A stretch of 64,000 bases of DNA. It comes from an uncultured Acidobacteriaceae bacterium. Lineage in GTDB: Bacteria > Acidobacteriota > Terriglobia > Terriglobales > Acidobacteriaceae. A program made the translations under genes and the position numbers. The stretch covers positions 135,547-199,546 of the forward strand of contig CAWGRZ010000010.1 in the NCBI GenBank assembly GCA_963825155.1, written 5' to 3'. Within the stretch, counting starts at the first letter, position 1. Each line of letters begins with the position of its first letter. The notes beneath the pieces were generated by a model, which saw only the letters and a program-made list of their open reading frames with translations, was not told the DNA's origin and made no database searches. Positions 45,321 through 54,940 of this stretch are shown here, in pieces.

Positions 45321-46268
45321 CTACTGCGGAGTTTTCTCCGCTGCGGCAGGCTGCTCCGCATGGTTGTCGCGCGCCAGTTTTTCCTGCTCCGCCTGCAACA
45401 TTTCCACGCCCTGAGCGAAGGTCAGGTCTTCCGGCATCTTCCGGAAGTTGCTCAAAACTTCGTCCGATACCAGGTTGAGGCTCTTGAACAGCAGGATTTT
45501 GCCGGTCACGCTCAGGCTGATTTCGGTGACGCCCCATGCCCCGTCGCCCAAGCCCAGATCAGCCTGCTGCACCAGAAAGTGTCCACCCTTATCGAGATGA
45601 CCGAGGATCCCCCATCCGAACGTGACCTCCCGGAACAGCGTGCCGTCGATTTTCGCGATGCGCCCGGCTCGGGTGTCGATCAGCAGATAACCCTGCATGC
45701 CCTCCAGTACCTGCTCCACGCGTGACGGCGGCGAGTACCCTGGATTGGGCTTGAACTTCAATTTCACCAACCGGTCTCCGGCCTCACCTAATCCGGTCGC
45801 GCCGTTCTCCGTGCCGTCGTACTCGTAGCGGAAAGCGTCTGGCAGGGCTTTCACGATACGCAGAGTTCGGTCCTCATCCTCCTTTTCGCGCGCATGTTTC
45901 TTGCGAAGCTGGTCGGGATTATTCATCAGCCACGCCAGATGGTCGGTTTCGGTTTTCTGTTGTTGCGCAGTCAGGGGCTGACCGTTGGTGGCGATGAGCA
46001 TCGCGGCGATCGCCTGCGTGGTTTCCACGTACAGCCGGGTTTGCGAGCCTTTGGCGGTTTTTCGGTGCGAGCGAAACATGTGCAGAACGCCAGGATGGTT
46101 CGCCGCGGCAACTTCATTCGCTACGGTAGTCCGCACCAATTCGCCGGGCGGCATTTCCGCGGCCTTCGAGTCCTGGGCCGGGAGCGCGGACGCGGTTGCG
46201 GTCAATACCACAATCGTTCCCACTCTCAGCAGACGCGCTGCCAGCCGCCATTGTTCCACGCAAGCCAT
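45321..46268 (-). CDS. hypothetical secreted protein (315 aa)
   Basis: Long ORF with an N-terminal hydrophobic signal-like segment (VGTIVVLTATASALPAQ). I recognise no family. Confidence 0.6.
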   Translation of the reverse strand: MACVEQWRLAARLLRVGTIVVLTATASALPAQDSKAAEMPPGELVRTTVANEVAAANHPGVLHMFRSHRKTAKGSQTRLYVETTQAIAAMLIATNGQPLTAQQQKTETDHLAWLMNNPDQLRKKHAREKEDEDRTLRIVKALPDAFRYEYDGTENGATGLGEAGDRLVKLKFKPNPGYSPPSRVEQVLEGMQGYLLIDTRAGRIAKIDGTLFREVTFGWGILGHLDKGGHFLVQQADLGLGDGAWGVTEISLSVTGKILLFKSLNLVSDEVLSNFRKMPEDLTFAQGVEMLQAEQEKLARDNHAEQPAAAEKTPQ

Positions 46269-46514
46269 CCTGTGCTTAGTGTAGCAATCCGCACGCCCGA
46301 GGGCAGGCCCGACCGCAGTGCGCGTTGTTCTTTTCGTGTACTTTCGTGTCCTTTATGGCAGCTTTTTCCACACACGCCGCCCTCTCTCGGCCTCTCTCGG
46401 CTTGCCGCCCGCTCTCGCCCTTGGGTATAGTCGAGAGGAGAGACGCGGCCGTCCGGTACCTGCTTCCTGGCTTTCAGGTTGTGCAGCATCCCGCTTCCTT
46501 AAAGGAGACCATCC

Positions 46515-46874
46515 ATGAGTGCACCGTTGTCTGGCGATTTGGCGCAGATCGGCAAATCCGTAGTCATCAAAGGTGAGCTGTCGGGCAGCGAGGATCTCTA
46601 TGTTGACGGTCAAGTCGAGGGCAGCATCGCTCTCAAGAACAATAGTCTGACCGTGGGTCCGAACGGACAGGTGAAAGCCACGGTCGACGCCAAAGTCCTC
46701 GTGGTGCAGGGCAAGCTTGAAGGCAACGTGCAGGCCAGCGACCGGGTCGAGTTGCGCAAGTCGGCTCTCGTCACCGGGGACATCTCCACCCAGCGCATCT
46801 CCATCGAGGAAGGAGCCTACCTGAAGGGCAAGGTCGACATTCAGGGCAAGGCGGACAAGGCCGCAGGAAAGTAA
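46515..46874 (+). CDS. bactofilin (polymer-forming cytoskeletal protein)
   Basis: GGAG at 46505-46508 lies 6 nt before the ATG at 46515. IKGELSGSEDLYVDGQVEGSI...VQGKLEGNVQASDRVELRKSALVTGDISTQRISIEEGAYLKGKVD is the bactofilin beta-helix repeat. Confidence 0.9.
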   Translation: MSAPLSGDLAQIGKSVVIKGELSGSEDLYVDGQVEGSIALKNNSLTVGPNGQVKATVDAKVLVVQGKLEGNVQASDRVELRKSALVTGDISTQRISIEEGAYLKGKVDIQGKADKAAGK

Positions 46875-46902
46875 CTCCTCGCCTCCGCTTCGGCACGCTA
46901 AA

Positions 46903-47625
46903 GTGATGGCATCAGTCTCGCAGAATTTCATGAAACTCTTTCGCGGCTCATCGAGCGGGTCGGAGACCACACCGGCGTCAGCTGCGCAAAAGCTCACCCG
47001 CCGCTCCAGCGGACTGGGCGAACTGTCCCGCACCTGGGACACCGACACGCCGCTCTGTGTTCTCGACCTCGGCTCCACTTCGCCCGCGAACATCCGGCAC
47101 TTCACCGAACACGGCCACAAGATCTATAGTGAGGACCTGCTGGTCGCCTCCACCGAACCCAACCTCGTCACCAAAGACGAGCAGGGAAAGGTGGTCCTCG
47201 ACAGCCGCCAGTTTCTGGCCGACAACCTGGTCTATCCCGCGGCGCATTTCGACGTTGTGCTGTGCTGGAATCTGCCCGACTATCTGGACGAAGGCCTGGT
47301 CCGCCCGGTCATGGGACGCCTGTGGTCTGTGCTGAAGCCCGGAGGCATGATGCTGGCGTTTTTCCATACCAAGGACGCGGGACCTGATTCCCCCTGCTAC
47401 CGCTTTCACATTGTCGGAAAAGATACGCTCGAAATGCAGCGCATCGTATTGCGCCGGGAAGCGCGCCGCGGACCAACCGGAGCCATCCACACCGCGATCA
47501 CCGAAGGCTTCCGCCTGCAGCGCGTCTTCAACAACCGCCACATCGAAACCCTCTTCAGGGACTTCGCTTCGATCAAATTTTTCCTCGCCCGCGACAACGT
47601 CAGGGAAGTGCTGGTCGTGCGCTAG
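46903..47625 (+). CDS. class I SAM-dependent methyltransferase
   Basis: VLDLGSTSPANI (motif I-like), DVVLCWNLPDYLDE, LKPGGMMLAFF. Confidence 0.75.
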   Translation: MMASVSQNFMKLFRGSSSGSETTPASAAQKLTRRSSGLGELSRTWDTDTPLCVLDLGSTSPANIRHFTEHGHKIYSEDLLVASTEPNLVTKDEQGKVVLDSRQFLADNLVYPAAHFDVVLCWNLPDYLDEGLVRPVMGRLWSVLKPGGMMLAFFHTKDAGPDSPCYRFHIVGKDTLEMQRIVLRREARRGPTGAIHTAITEGFRLQRVFNNRHIETLFRDFASIKFFLARDNVREVLVVR

Positions 47626-47659
47626 CGGTTCCGAAAAGGTTCATACCGTCTATCTATGT

Positions 47660-47702
47660 GGGGACAGCCGCCCCCGGCTGTCCGGTCGAGCGCAGCTCGA
47701 CA
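47660..47702. repeat. REP-like double hairpin between convergent methyltransferase genes
   Basis: GGACAGCCG-CCCCC-GGCTGTCC (47662-47683), immediately followed by GTCGAGC-GCA-GCTCGAC (47685-47701). Confidence 0.6.
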
Positions 47703-47722
47703 GTTTCAGTCCGCCGGCGAGT

Positions 47723-48451
47723 CTAGGTAACCCGCATCTCATTCTGTCCCGGGTGGTCCGTTTCCTTCCACACGATCACCCCCATCCGAAATAAATAGTG
47801 CCGCGAAATCTCAAGCTTCCCGGCAGGCTCCAAGCTCGCCAAAAGAATCCGCCGCATTTCTTCCGGAACATAAGCCCTGCGTACCGACGCCACTCCATCC
47901 ACCCGCGAAACATAACTCCGCATCAGGGGAAAGCCCGCATACACCAGCGCCAGATGCAGCGGATGCCGGATCAGATCGTTGATCAGCACGGCGCAGCGGC
48001 TCACGCGCAGCGCCTCACGGGCGAAGCGCACCAATTCGGCAGGCTCCAGATGGTGCGTAAATAAACTGCAGCTCACCAGATCGAAAGCCTCGTCAGGAAA
48101 GGGAAGCGCGAGCGCGTCGGCCACGACCGAATGATTTCCGGGCAGCAGATGCGAACGCACGCGATCGAGGAGTGTCATATCCAGCGTGATTCCCTTGCGG
48201 GCTAAGTCTTGCGCGGCGCGCTTCGGCACTTCGCCGAATCCGGCAGCGACTTCGAGCAGGGAGAAATGCTTTTTCCCGGTTGCCGCAGCGACGCGCTCGA
48301 TCAGATTCCGGGTCGTGGCCACTCCGCCGAACCAGCGGTTGATGCGGGAAATATCCCGCAGCGAAATCTCAACCTCACCTGCAGGGCAGGAGTCCGAATC
48401 GAGGATTTCCGGAGTGTTAACCCGCTGCATCGTGAGTGGTCGCCAGAGCAA
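47723..48451 (-). CDS. class I SAM-dependent methyltransferase
   Basis: LLEVAAGFGEVP (motif I), FDLVSCSLFTHHLEP, CAVLINDL. Confidence 0.8.
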   Translation of the reverse strand: MLWRPLTMQRVNTPEILDSDSCPAGEVEISLRDISRINRWFGGVATTRNLIERVAAATGKKHFSLLEVAAGFGEVPKRAAQDLARKGITLDMTLLDRVRSHLLPGNHSVVADALALPFPDEAFDLVSCSLFTHHLEPAELVRFAREALRVSRCAVLINDLIRHPLHLALVYAGFPLMRSYVSRVDGVASVRRAYVPEEMRRILLASLEPAGKLEISRHYLFRMGVIVWKETDHPGQNEMRVT

Positions 48452-48604
48452 GTGTAGACGAGGTCTCAGGGCGCGTTGTCAAAAGAAAGTAATCGCCGGC
48501 ATAGTTCCGGAGGCATAGTTCCGAAGAAAGAAGGTTGTATCCGGGGGAAGGTCTCTGGGAGGGGAAGGTTACGTCCGAGAGAAAGTCTGTATCCGGGGGA
48601 AGGT

Positions 48605-48720
48605 CCGTATCAGGGTACGCCTTCAGGCGTGCCGCTAAAGCACCAGGACTGGACCGGCTTCAGCCGCTGGGGCTTTCCGGTGACGCTCAGCGGCGTCGCT
48701 CAAGCGAAGCCCTGATAGGA
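48605..48720. repeat. MITE-like composite palindromic element, copy B (more diverged)
   Basis: CCGTATCAGGGTACGCCTTCAGGCGTGCC ... GCGAAGCCCTGATAGGA. Collinear with copies A and C. Confidence 0.75.
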
Positions 48721-48744
48721 TGCCCGGCTACGAAGCTTTTTTTC

Positions 48745-50574
48745 CTAGACTTCTGCCAGCTCTTCTTCCAAGAGCTGCTTGTTGTACAGGTCGCTGTAGT
48801 AACCGTTCAAAGCCAGCAGTTCGTCGTGAGTGCCAAGTTCGACGATGCGTCCGCCGTGCAGCACGGCGATGCGGTCGGCATTGCGCACGGTCGAGACCCG
48901 GTGCGAAATGAAGATCGTCGTGCGCCCCTGCATCACGTCCCGCAAATGGTTCAGAATCTTGTCTTCGGTGTGCGTATCCACGCTGGAGAGCGCGTCGTCC
49001 AGGATCAGAATCTTCGGATTACGAATCAGCGCGCGCGCGATCGCCGTGCGCTGCTTCTGCCCGCCGGAAAGCGTAATACCGCGCTCACCCACCAGCGTAT
49101 CGTAGCTTTCGGGGAAGCTCTCGATGTCGGCCGCAATGTTGGCCGCTTCCGCCGCATCGTGGATCTGCTGGTCGCTCGCGGCATCGACTCCCAGCGCAAT
49201 GTTCTCCCGGATGCGCTCGCTGAACAGAAACGTTTCCTGGGGCACGAATCCGATATTGCGGCGCAGCGACGCTATCGAATACTCGCGAATCGGCCGCCCG
49301 TCAATCAGAACCGTTCCCGGCGCGGCGTCGTAGATACGCGGAATCAGGCTAACGAGCGTCGTCTTTCCTGACCCCGTTGGCCCCACAATCGCCAGGCTGC
49401 TGCCCGCGGGCACGCGCAGGTTCAGTTCGTGCAGAACTTGTTTTCCGTCGTAGCTGAAGTTGAGTCCGCGGAATTCGATTTCGCCTTCGATCTCCCGGTC
49501 CTGTGCGCCCACGGCATTTTCGATCTCCGGCTGCTCCAGCATAATTTCGTTGATGCGAATCAATGACGCCGTGCCCCGCTGGAAGATGTTGATGACCCAT
49601 CCCAGAGCGATGATCGGCCACGTCAGCTGCATCGTGTAAGTGATGAATGAAACAAAGTCCCCCACGCTCATGGAACCGGAGAGTGGGAGCGTGGTCGTGA
49701 TCGTGGGGATCGAAATGCCGGGATGCAAAATGCGAAGATTTGAAACCAGCGCGACCTGCGTGAGCCCGTGGATGACTTCGCGTCCACCCAGCCACAACAC
49801 CAGCACCAGCGCGCACCCCAGCATGAGTTCCAGAGTGGGCCAGAGCATGCCCATCAGCCGCACCAGCTTCAAGCTGCGCCGGATGTACTCCTTGTTCTCT
49901 TTTTCGAACGCTCGAATTTCCGCATCTTCCTGCACGTAGGCGCGGATCAGCCGCGCGCCAGAGAAGTTCTCCTGCGCTCGCGCGGAAATGTCGGAGAACA
50001 TGGCCTGAATTCTTTCGAAGCGATCGTGAATCCGCCGCCCAAAGTACTGGATCACGATGCTCGCCACCGGCAAGGGCAAGAAAGTATAGAAGGTCAGGCG
50101 CGGGCTGATCGAGATCATGAAGGCCAGCGCCCCCGCCGTATACACCAGCGTGTTGGCCGAGTACATGATCGCGGGCCCGAGCAGCATCCGCACCGCATTT
50201 AAGTCGTTGGTGGCCCGCGCCATAATGTCGCCGGTACGGTGGCGCTGGTAGTAGGAGTACGACAGGCCTTCGAGTTTCTCAAAAAGATCGTTGCGCAGAT
50301 CGAACTCAATGTCGCGCGAGATGCCGATCACAATCCAGCGCGTCAGAAACTGGAAAATCCCCTTGCTCACCGCGATCGCCAGCAACACTCCGGCGTACAA
50401 CAACAGCTTGTGGCTGGTCACCCCCTCGTGCAGATCGTCGGCCGCCCGGCCCATGACCAGGGGAAAGAGAATCCAGATGCCATTCGTCAGGAGAACGCAG
50501 ACCGTGCCCGCCAGGTAGCCCCAGCGGTAGCGTTTCAGGTAAGGCAGCAGCGGGCGCAAACTCTTAGGCAGCAT
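48745..50574 (-). CDS. ABC transporter, fused permease/ATPase exporter (MsbA/multidrug type)
   Basis: Six-TM N-terminal domain, Walker A GPTGSGKTT, signature LSGGQKQR, Walker B ILILDDALS. Confidence 0.92.
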   Translation of the reverse strand: MLPKSLRPLLPYLKRYRWGYLAGTVCVLLTNGIWILFPLVMGRAADDLHEGVTSHKLLLYAGVLLAIAVSKGIFQFLTRWIVIGISRDIEFDLRNDLFEKLEGLSYSYYQRHRTGDIMARATNDLNAVRMLLGPAIMYSANTLVYTAGALAFMISISPRLTFYTFLPLPVASIVIQYFGRRIHDRFERIQAMFSDISARAQENFSGARLIRAYVQEDAEIRAFEKENKEYIRRSLKLVRLMGMLWPTLELMLGCALVLVLWLGGREVIHGLTQVALVSNLRILHPGISIPTITTTLPLSGSMSVGDFVSFITYTMQLTWPIIALGWVINIFQRGTASLIRINEIMLEQPEIENAVGAQDREIEGEIEFRGLNFSYDGKQVLHELNLRVPAGSSLAIVGPTGSGKTTLVSLIPRIYDAAPGTVLIDGRPIREYSIASLRRNIGFVPQETFLFSERIRENIALGVDAASDQQIHDAAEAANIAADIESFPESYDTLVGERGITLSGGQKQRTAIARALIRNPKILILDDALSSVDTHTEDKILNHLRDVMQGRTTIFISHRVSTVRNADRIAVLHGGRIVELGTHDELLALNGYYSDLYNKQLLEEELAEV

Positions 50575-50669
50575 GCAAATCCAGTAGATGAGATTCTAGC
50601 AGGCCGGGGTTCAGCTTTTCAGGGGATGCTTTCTGTCCGAGGGGCGTGTCAGGCTCTCCAGGCCCAAGG

Positions 50670-51476
50670 CTATTGCTTCGCAACGTCCAGCGACGACGCT
50701 CCCAGCACTGGGCCGTCATCGGATTCCTGAACGAAAGCGATCAGGCGCACATTCGAAGGATCAGCCAAGGGCTTGTGTTTCACAGAAACATCTCGTTCAA
50801 AGGCCTTCCCTCGCTCCACTACGCCAACTTTGTCGATGCTCTGCACGACGGCCACGTGGGTGATGAGATGGCCCTTGTTTTCACCAGCCAGAACCTGCGA
50901 TGCCGCGTGGTCAAGTGCAACCACGACATAGACATTGGCCTTGCGAGCCTGCCACGATTGGGGCAATGCATCCACCTCGAGGTGAATATGCAGCGTTCCC
51001 GGATCTTTCACCGAGAACCCGGAAGCGCGAATCGCGATCTTGGGGTGACTGCGGGCGCTTTCGATGGCGTGTTCGGCCAAAGCCGCGTCGCTCCCGTTGA
51101 GCTGGTTGACGCCATCGACCACCATTTGCGGGGTAAAACTGCTGTTTAATCCGAAGCGATGCTCATACGACTCCTGGCGCTCGCTGAAAAAACTTGAGGA
51201 ATAGGGATCTCGCCAGCCCTCGTGGTTCCAGTAGTCAACATGCTCGCTGAGAACAATGATCTGCGCGCCCGGTATCGGCTGGGAGCGATCCAAATTCTGC
51301 AGCAAAGCGTCAGCCGGCGGACAGCTCGAGCATCCTTCGGACGTAAACAACTCGACCAGCACCGGGGAAGCGTTACCCGTTGGAGCAACGATCGAAGCGA
51401 CGGCAAAGGTGAATGCCGCCATAGCGATGACAATAAGCAGCAACCTTGGTTTCATTCGCCACCTACTTTGTCTCAA
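50670..51476 (-). CDS. DUF1223-family thioredoxin-fold protein (secreted)
   Basis: Signal peptide, then VLVELFTSEGCSSCPPAD, the hallmark of DUF1223. Confidence 0.8.
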   Translation of the reverse strand: MRQSRWRMKPRLLLIVIAMAAFTFAVASIVAPTGNASPVLVELFTSEGCSSCPPADALLQNLDRSQPIPGAQIIVLSEHVDYWNHEGWRDPYSSSFFSERQESYEHRFGLNSSFTPQMVVDGVNQLNGSDAALAEHAIESARSHPKIAIRASGFSVKDPGTLHIHLEVDALPQSWQARKANVYVVVALDHAASQVLAGENKGHLITHVAVVQSIDKVGVVERGKAFERDVSVKHKPLADPSNVRLIAFVQESDDGPVLGASSLDVAKQ

Positions 51477-51608
51477 TCAAGTTGGAGACGTATCAAGAGT
51501 CACCTTCGAAAGCCACCACTGAGTATAAGCCGATTTGGACAACGTGATTTCAAAATATCCGAACGCCTGGCAGCGTTCGAACCAAACATTTTTCGTTTCG
51601 ACCAAACA

Positions 51609-51797
51609 TTAGCGTCCGCGATTTTCTCCGCGCTGCGCCCCTTCCGGTGCCCGATCTTTCTGCGTTGCGTCAATCTGTGCTCTGGATGGAATCAAATCCC
51701 GCCCGAACGCTGCCAGGCTCACCCCGGCTACAATTGCGCTCCAGGCCGCGAAAAATAGCCATCCCGCCTCGAACACATACGCGTCATTGATCAGCAT
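51609..51797 (-). CDS. possible small (62 aa) single-TM membrane protein
   Basis: One hydrophobic helix (GWLFFAAWSAIVAGVSLAAF) followed by a charged tail. No other support. Confidence 0.3.
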   Translation of the reverse strand: MLINDAYVFEAGWLFFAAWSAIVAGVSLAAFGRDLIPSRAQIDATQKDRAPEGAQRGENRGR

Positions 51798-51926
51798 ATA
51801 GGCCTTTCTCGGTCAGCGGCGCTAGGCGGCCAGCCCACAAGGCCAGCCCGACCCTCGCGCCGTCAACCATGAACTCTCGGGAACGTGTGCCGCCGCGAGA
51901 GTTCTGCCCCCTCAACTTATTGCTCC

Positions 51927-52427
51927 TTATTGCTCCGGCGGGGCAGGCGGCGCCTCATGCATGTGCTTCTGCATCCGCGCCTCGTGGCGAGCCTCAAACT
52001 CCTTCATCTTGGCCTGCTGGTCCGTCGTCAGCACCTGGAAGAGTTCGTTGTGGATGCGCGCATGCGCCACCGTGAGCTCGACCTGAGTCTGCGCCTGCTG
52101 CGTGGCCAGGGCGCGAACTTTGGCCTCGTCGAACGTGCCTTCCTCGTACTGGCGAAGCTGCTGTCGCGTCTGCCGCATTTGCTGCATCAAGGGCTTCATA
52201 GTTGCGTGTTCTTTCTGCAGAATGTCCTTCATCTGGGTTTGCTGGGCATCGCTCAGGTTCAAATAGTCGGCGAAGAATCCCATCATGTGCCCACCCCTGC
52301 TCCACTCACCGTGGCCCTGCATGGGTGGTGGCGGAACCGCCTCGGCAACCGTCTGTGAATTGGCGATGGCTGTGCCCAGCAGTACTGCCAGGGCCGCGAC
52401 CAGGAAACGAAAACGAATCGATTTCAT
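51927..52427 (-). CDS. Spy/CpxP-family periplasmic protein (LTxxQ motifs)
   Basis: Signal peptide and two LTxxQ-like motifs (LNLSDAQQ, LTTDQQAK). Divergently transcribed from an OmpR-type RR/HK pair, as cpxP is from cpxRA. Confidence 0.8.
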   Translation of the reverse strand: MKSIRFRFLVAALAVLLGTAIANSQTVAEAVPPPPMQGHGEWSRGGHMMGFFADYLNLSDAQQTQMKDILQKEHATMKPLMQQMRQTRQQLRQYEEGTFDEAKVRALATQQAQTQVELTVAHARIHNELFQVLTTDQQAKMKEFEARHEARMQKHMHEAPPAPPEQ

Positions 52428-52505
52428 GTTTAACTCCTAGACTTCTCCCGGAGGTCCGGGGATTTCTCGTACATTCATACAAACACGACTGCCCGCGAAA
52501 AAGCG

Positions 52506-52541
52506 GTAAAGAATAGGTCAACCGGAGTAAAGTTTTGTCAA
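52506..52541. promoter_or_regulatory. direct repeat GTAAAG-N4/5-GTCAA x2, candidate response-regulator binding site
   Basis: GTAAAGaatagGTCAA (52506-52521) and GTAAAGttttGTCAA (52527-52541), with a 21-bp period, in the divergent promoter region between the CpxP-like and response-regulator genes. Confidence 0.4.
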
Positions 52542-52634
52542 AGGTCCCAAACTCTGCAACGCGGCTTGGGGGGCATCCGGTTTGACAATTCTTTACTCGC
52601 ACCGTTTTCCCCATGGTGCACAATGATGTCAGTC

Positions 52635-53348
52635 ATGGAACGAATTCTGGTCATTGACGATGACGTGGAACTTTGCCATCTGGTGGGCGAGTATCTCCAG
52701 GCGGAGGGTTTCAGCGTCGAGTGCGTGCACGACGGCGAGAGCGGACTGAAAAGAGCCACTGCGGGCGAGTACTTGCTTGCGGTTCTCGATGTCATGCTGC
52801 CCGGCATCAACGGATTTGAAGTTTTGCGTCGGATCCGCGCCACTTCGCGCCTGCCGGTGTTGCTGCTGACGGCGCGCGGCGAGGATGTCGACCGCATCGT
52901 GGGCCTCGAAATCGGCGCCGACGATTATCTTCCCAAGCCGTTTAACCCGCGCGAACTGGTGGCGCGTATCCGAGCCATCCTGCGGCGTACTCGTGCCGAC
53001 GGCACCGGCTCCCCCTCTACCCCTGACATGGTGTGCGTAGGCGACGTGGAACTCGATCCCGCAACCCGCACCGTTCGCCTCGATGGCAAGCCCGTCGACC
53101 TGACTTCGGTCGAGTTCAACCTGCTTGAGGTTCTTTTGCGCGAGGCCGGCCGCGTCGTGCCGCGCGAACGACTGGTCAATGCGGTGCTCAGCAGAAAGTT
53201 CTCGCCCTTTGACCGCAGCATCGACATGCACGTCAGCAAGGTACGCAAGAAACTGGGCGATACCGACAACGACGAACACATCAAAACCGTTCGTGGCGTA
53301 GGCTACATCTTTGCCCGTCCGCGGGAGAAGTCGAAGGCCACCTCATGA
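52635..53348 (+). CDS. OmpR/PhoB-family response regulator
   Basis: MERILVIDDDVEL...LDVMLPGINGFEVLRRIR receiver domain and a C-terminal winged-helix (VHVSKVRKKL...IKTVRGVGY). The Met at 52635 is preferred. Confidence 0.9.
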   Translation: MERILVIDDDVELCHLVGEYLQAEGFSVECVHDGESGLKRATAGEYLLAVLDVMLPGINGFEVLRRIRATSRLPVLLLTARGEDVDRIVGLEIGADDYLPKPFNPRELVARIRAILRRTRADGTGSPSTPDMVCVGDVELDPATRTVRLDGKPVDLTSVEFNLLEVLLREAGRVVPRERLVNAVLSRKFSPFDRSIDMHVSKVRKKLGDTDNDEHIKTVRGVGYIFARPREKSKATS

Positions 53349-54757
53349 ACAGCCTCTTCGTCCGTATCTTTCTATCTTTCTGGACGGCGCTCGCGCTCTT
53401 CGTCGTCCTCGCCATCCTGGTCACGCTGGCGCTGCGCCCGCGCAGTTCCACCTGGGAGGGTCTTCGCACCACCGTGCTCAACGACGCAGTCAATGCTTAC
53501 GAAGAAGGCGGCGCGCCGCAGCTGCGGGAGTACATGGAGAATCTGGAGAAAACCCAGCACCTGCGCGCCTACCTTTTTGATGAGCACGGAATCGAAGTCT
53601 CGGGCCGCGCCGCGCCGGATTGGGCCATCCGCGTGGCCGCGGGCGGACCGCGCATGCCCCGGGACGGATTCATTTTTCCCGCGCCTCCCCTGCAGCGGGA
53701 CTCGCGCGCTTCAGCCGACGGCAAGCATCGTTACACCGTCGTATTGGGATTGCCTCAGGGGCCGCGAGTGTTCTTCGGTCCCCGCGGCATGCCGGTTCCC
53801 GGCCTCATCATCGCCATCATTTCTTCCGGCCTGGTCTGCTATTTCCTGTCCTGGTATTTGACCAAGCCCATTGTCCGGCTGCGCGCCGCTACCCGCCAGT
53901 TGGCGGCGGGCAACCTGACCGCGCGTACCGGCGCGCGCGCCACCACGCGGCGGGACGAGGTTGCGGGCTTGATGCGCGACTTTGACGCCATGGCCGAACG
54001 GCTCGAGACCCTGGTCAAGGCGCAGTCGCGCCTGCTCAACGATATTTCGCACGAACTGCGCTCGCCCCTGGCCCGCTTGAATGTTGCCCTCGGCCTGGCC
54101 CGGCAGCGTTCCGGAGTCGAGAGCGCCGACATGCTGGATCGCATTGAGCTCGAGGCCAGCCGACTCAACGAACTGATCGGCAGAATTCTCACCCTTGCCC
54201 GCCTCGAGGACGGAGAACAGCGCGTGCCTCCGACTCCGGTTCCCCTGAACGAGTTGGTGGCAAACCTCGCCGAGGACGCTGAGTTTGAAGCCCAGGCGCG
54301 GCACTGCCACGTCCACACCGTCATTCCCGAGGGCGACTGGGGCGTGCGCGGCAATGCTTCCCTGTTGCACAGCGCCGTCGAAAACGTCGTGCGCAACGCC
54401 ATCCGCTACACTCAGGAAGGAACCTCGGTTGAAATCGAATTGGCGAGTGAGCAAGGCCCCAACGGACCCGAGGCCGTGCTCAGGATCAGCGACTCCGGAC
54501 CGGGTGTCCCACCCGATTCTCTGGGAAAGCTCTTCCAGCCGTTCTACCGCCTCGACGATGCCCGCGGACGCCTGACCGGAGGAGTTGGCCTGGGCCTGGC
54601 CATCACCGAAAGGGCAGTCCGTTTCCACGGTGGCCAGGTCTCCGCCTCCAATCGCCTCGAAGGCGGTCTGCGCGTGGAGATTCGCCTGCCCTTGATGGCT
54701 GGTGGTCAGAGGATCAAAGCAGCGCCTGAACCGGTACCGTCGACCCGAGAAGCGTAA
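53345..54757 (+). CDS. sensor histidine kinase (2 TM, HAMP, HisKA, HATPase_c; CpxA-like)
   Basis: ATGA overlap with the response-regulator gene. HAMP LTKPIVRLRAATRQLAAGNL, H-box ISHELRSPLARL, N/G boxes VRNAIRYT and DSGPGVP...GGVGLGLAI. Confidence 0.9.
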   Translation: MNSLFVRIFLSFWTALALFVVLAILVTLALRPRSSTWEGLRTTVLNDAVNAYEEGGAPQLREYMENLEKTQHLRAYLFDEHGIEVSGRAAPDWAIRVAAGGPRMPRDGFIFPAPPLQRDSRASADGKHRYTVVLGLPQGPRVFFGPRGMPVPGLIIAIISSGLVCYFLSWYLTKPIVRLRAATRQLAAGNLTARTGARATTRRDEVAGLMRDFDAMAERLETLVKAQSRLLNDISHELRSPLARLNVALGLARQRSGVESADMLDRIELEASRLNELIGRILTLARLEDGEQRVPPTPVPLNELVANLAEDAEFEAQARHCHVHTVIPEGDWGVRGNASLLHSAVENVVRNAIRYTQEGTSVEIELASEQGPNGPEAVLRISDSGPGVPPDSLGKLFQPFYRLDDARGRLTGGVGLGLAITERAVRFHGGQVSASNRLEGGLRVEIRLPLMAGGQRIKAAPEPVPSTREA

Positions 54758-54940
54758 GCGCAGGGCGGTGGGACTTCAGGCTTAGGGCCATCGCAGGGGT
54801 CCTCACTACTGTGCACCCGGACAACCGCTGCCTCGGTCCCAGCTCTGTAAGGCCCGAGTTATGTAATACTGGTCGGGCAACTCCAGTGCATCCGCCGGGT
54901 TCCAATAGGTCTTGGGTAGTGATGCAGTTTACGGAAGATT

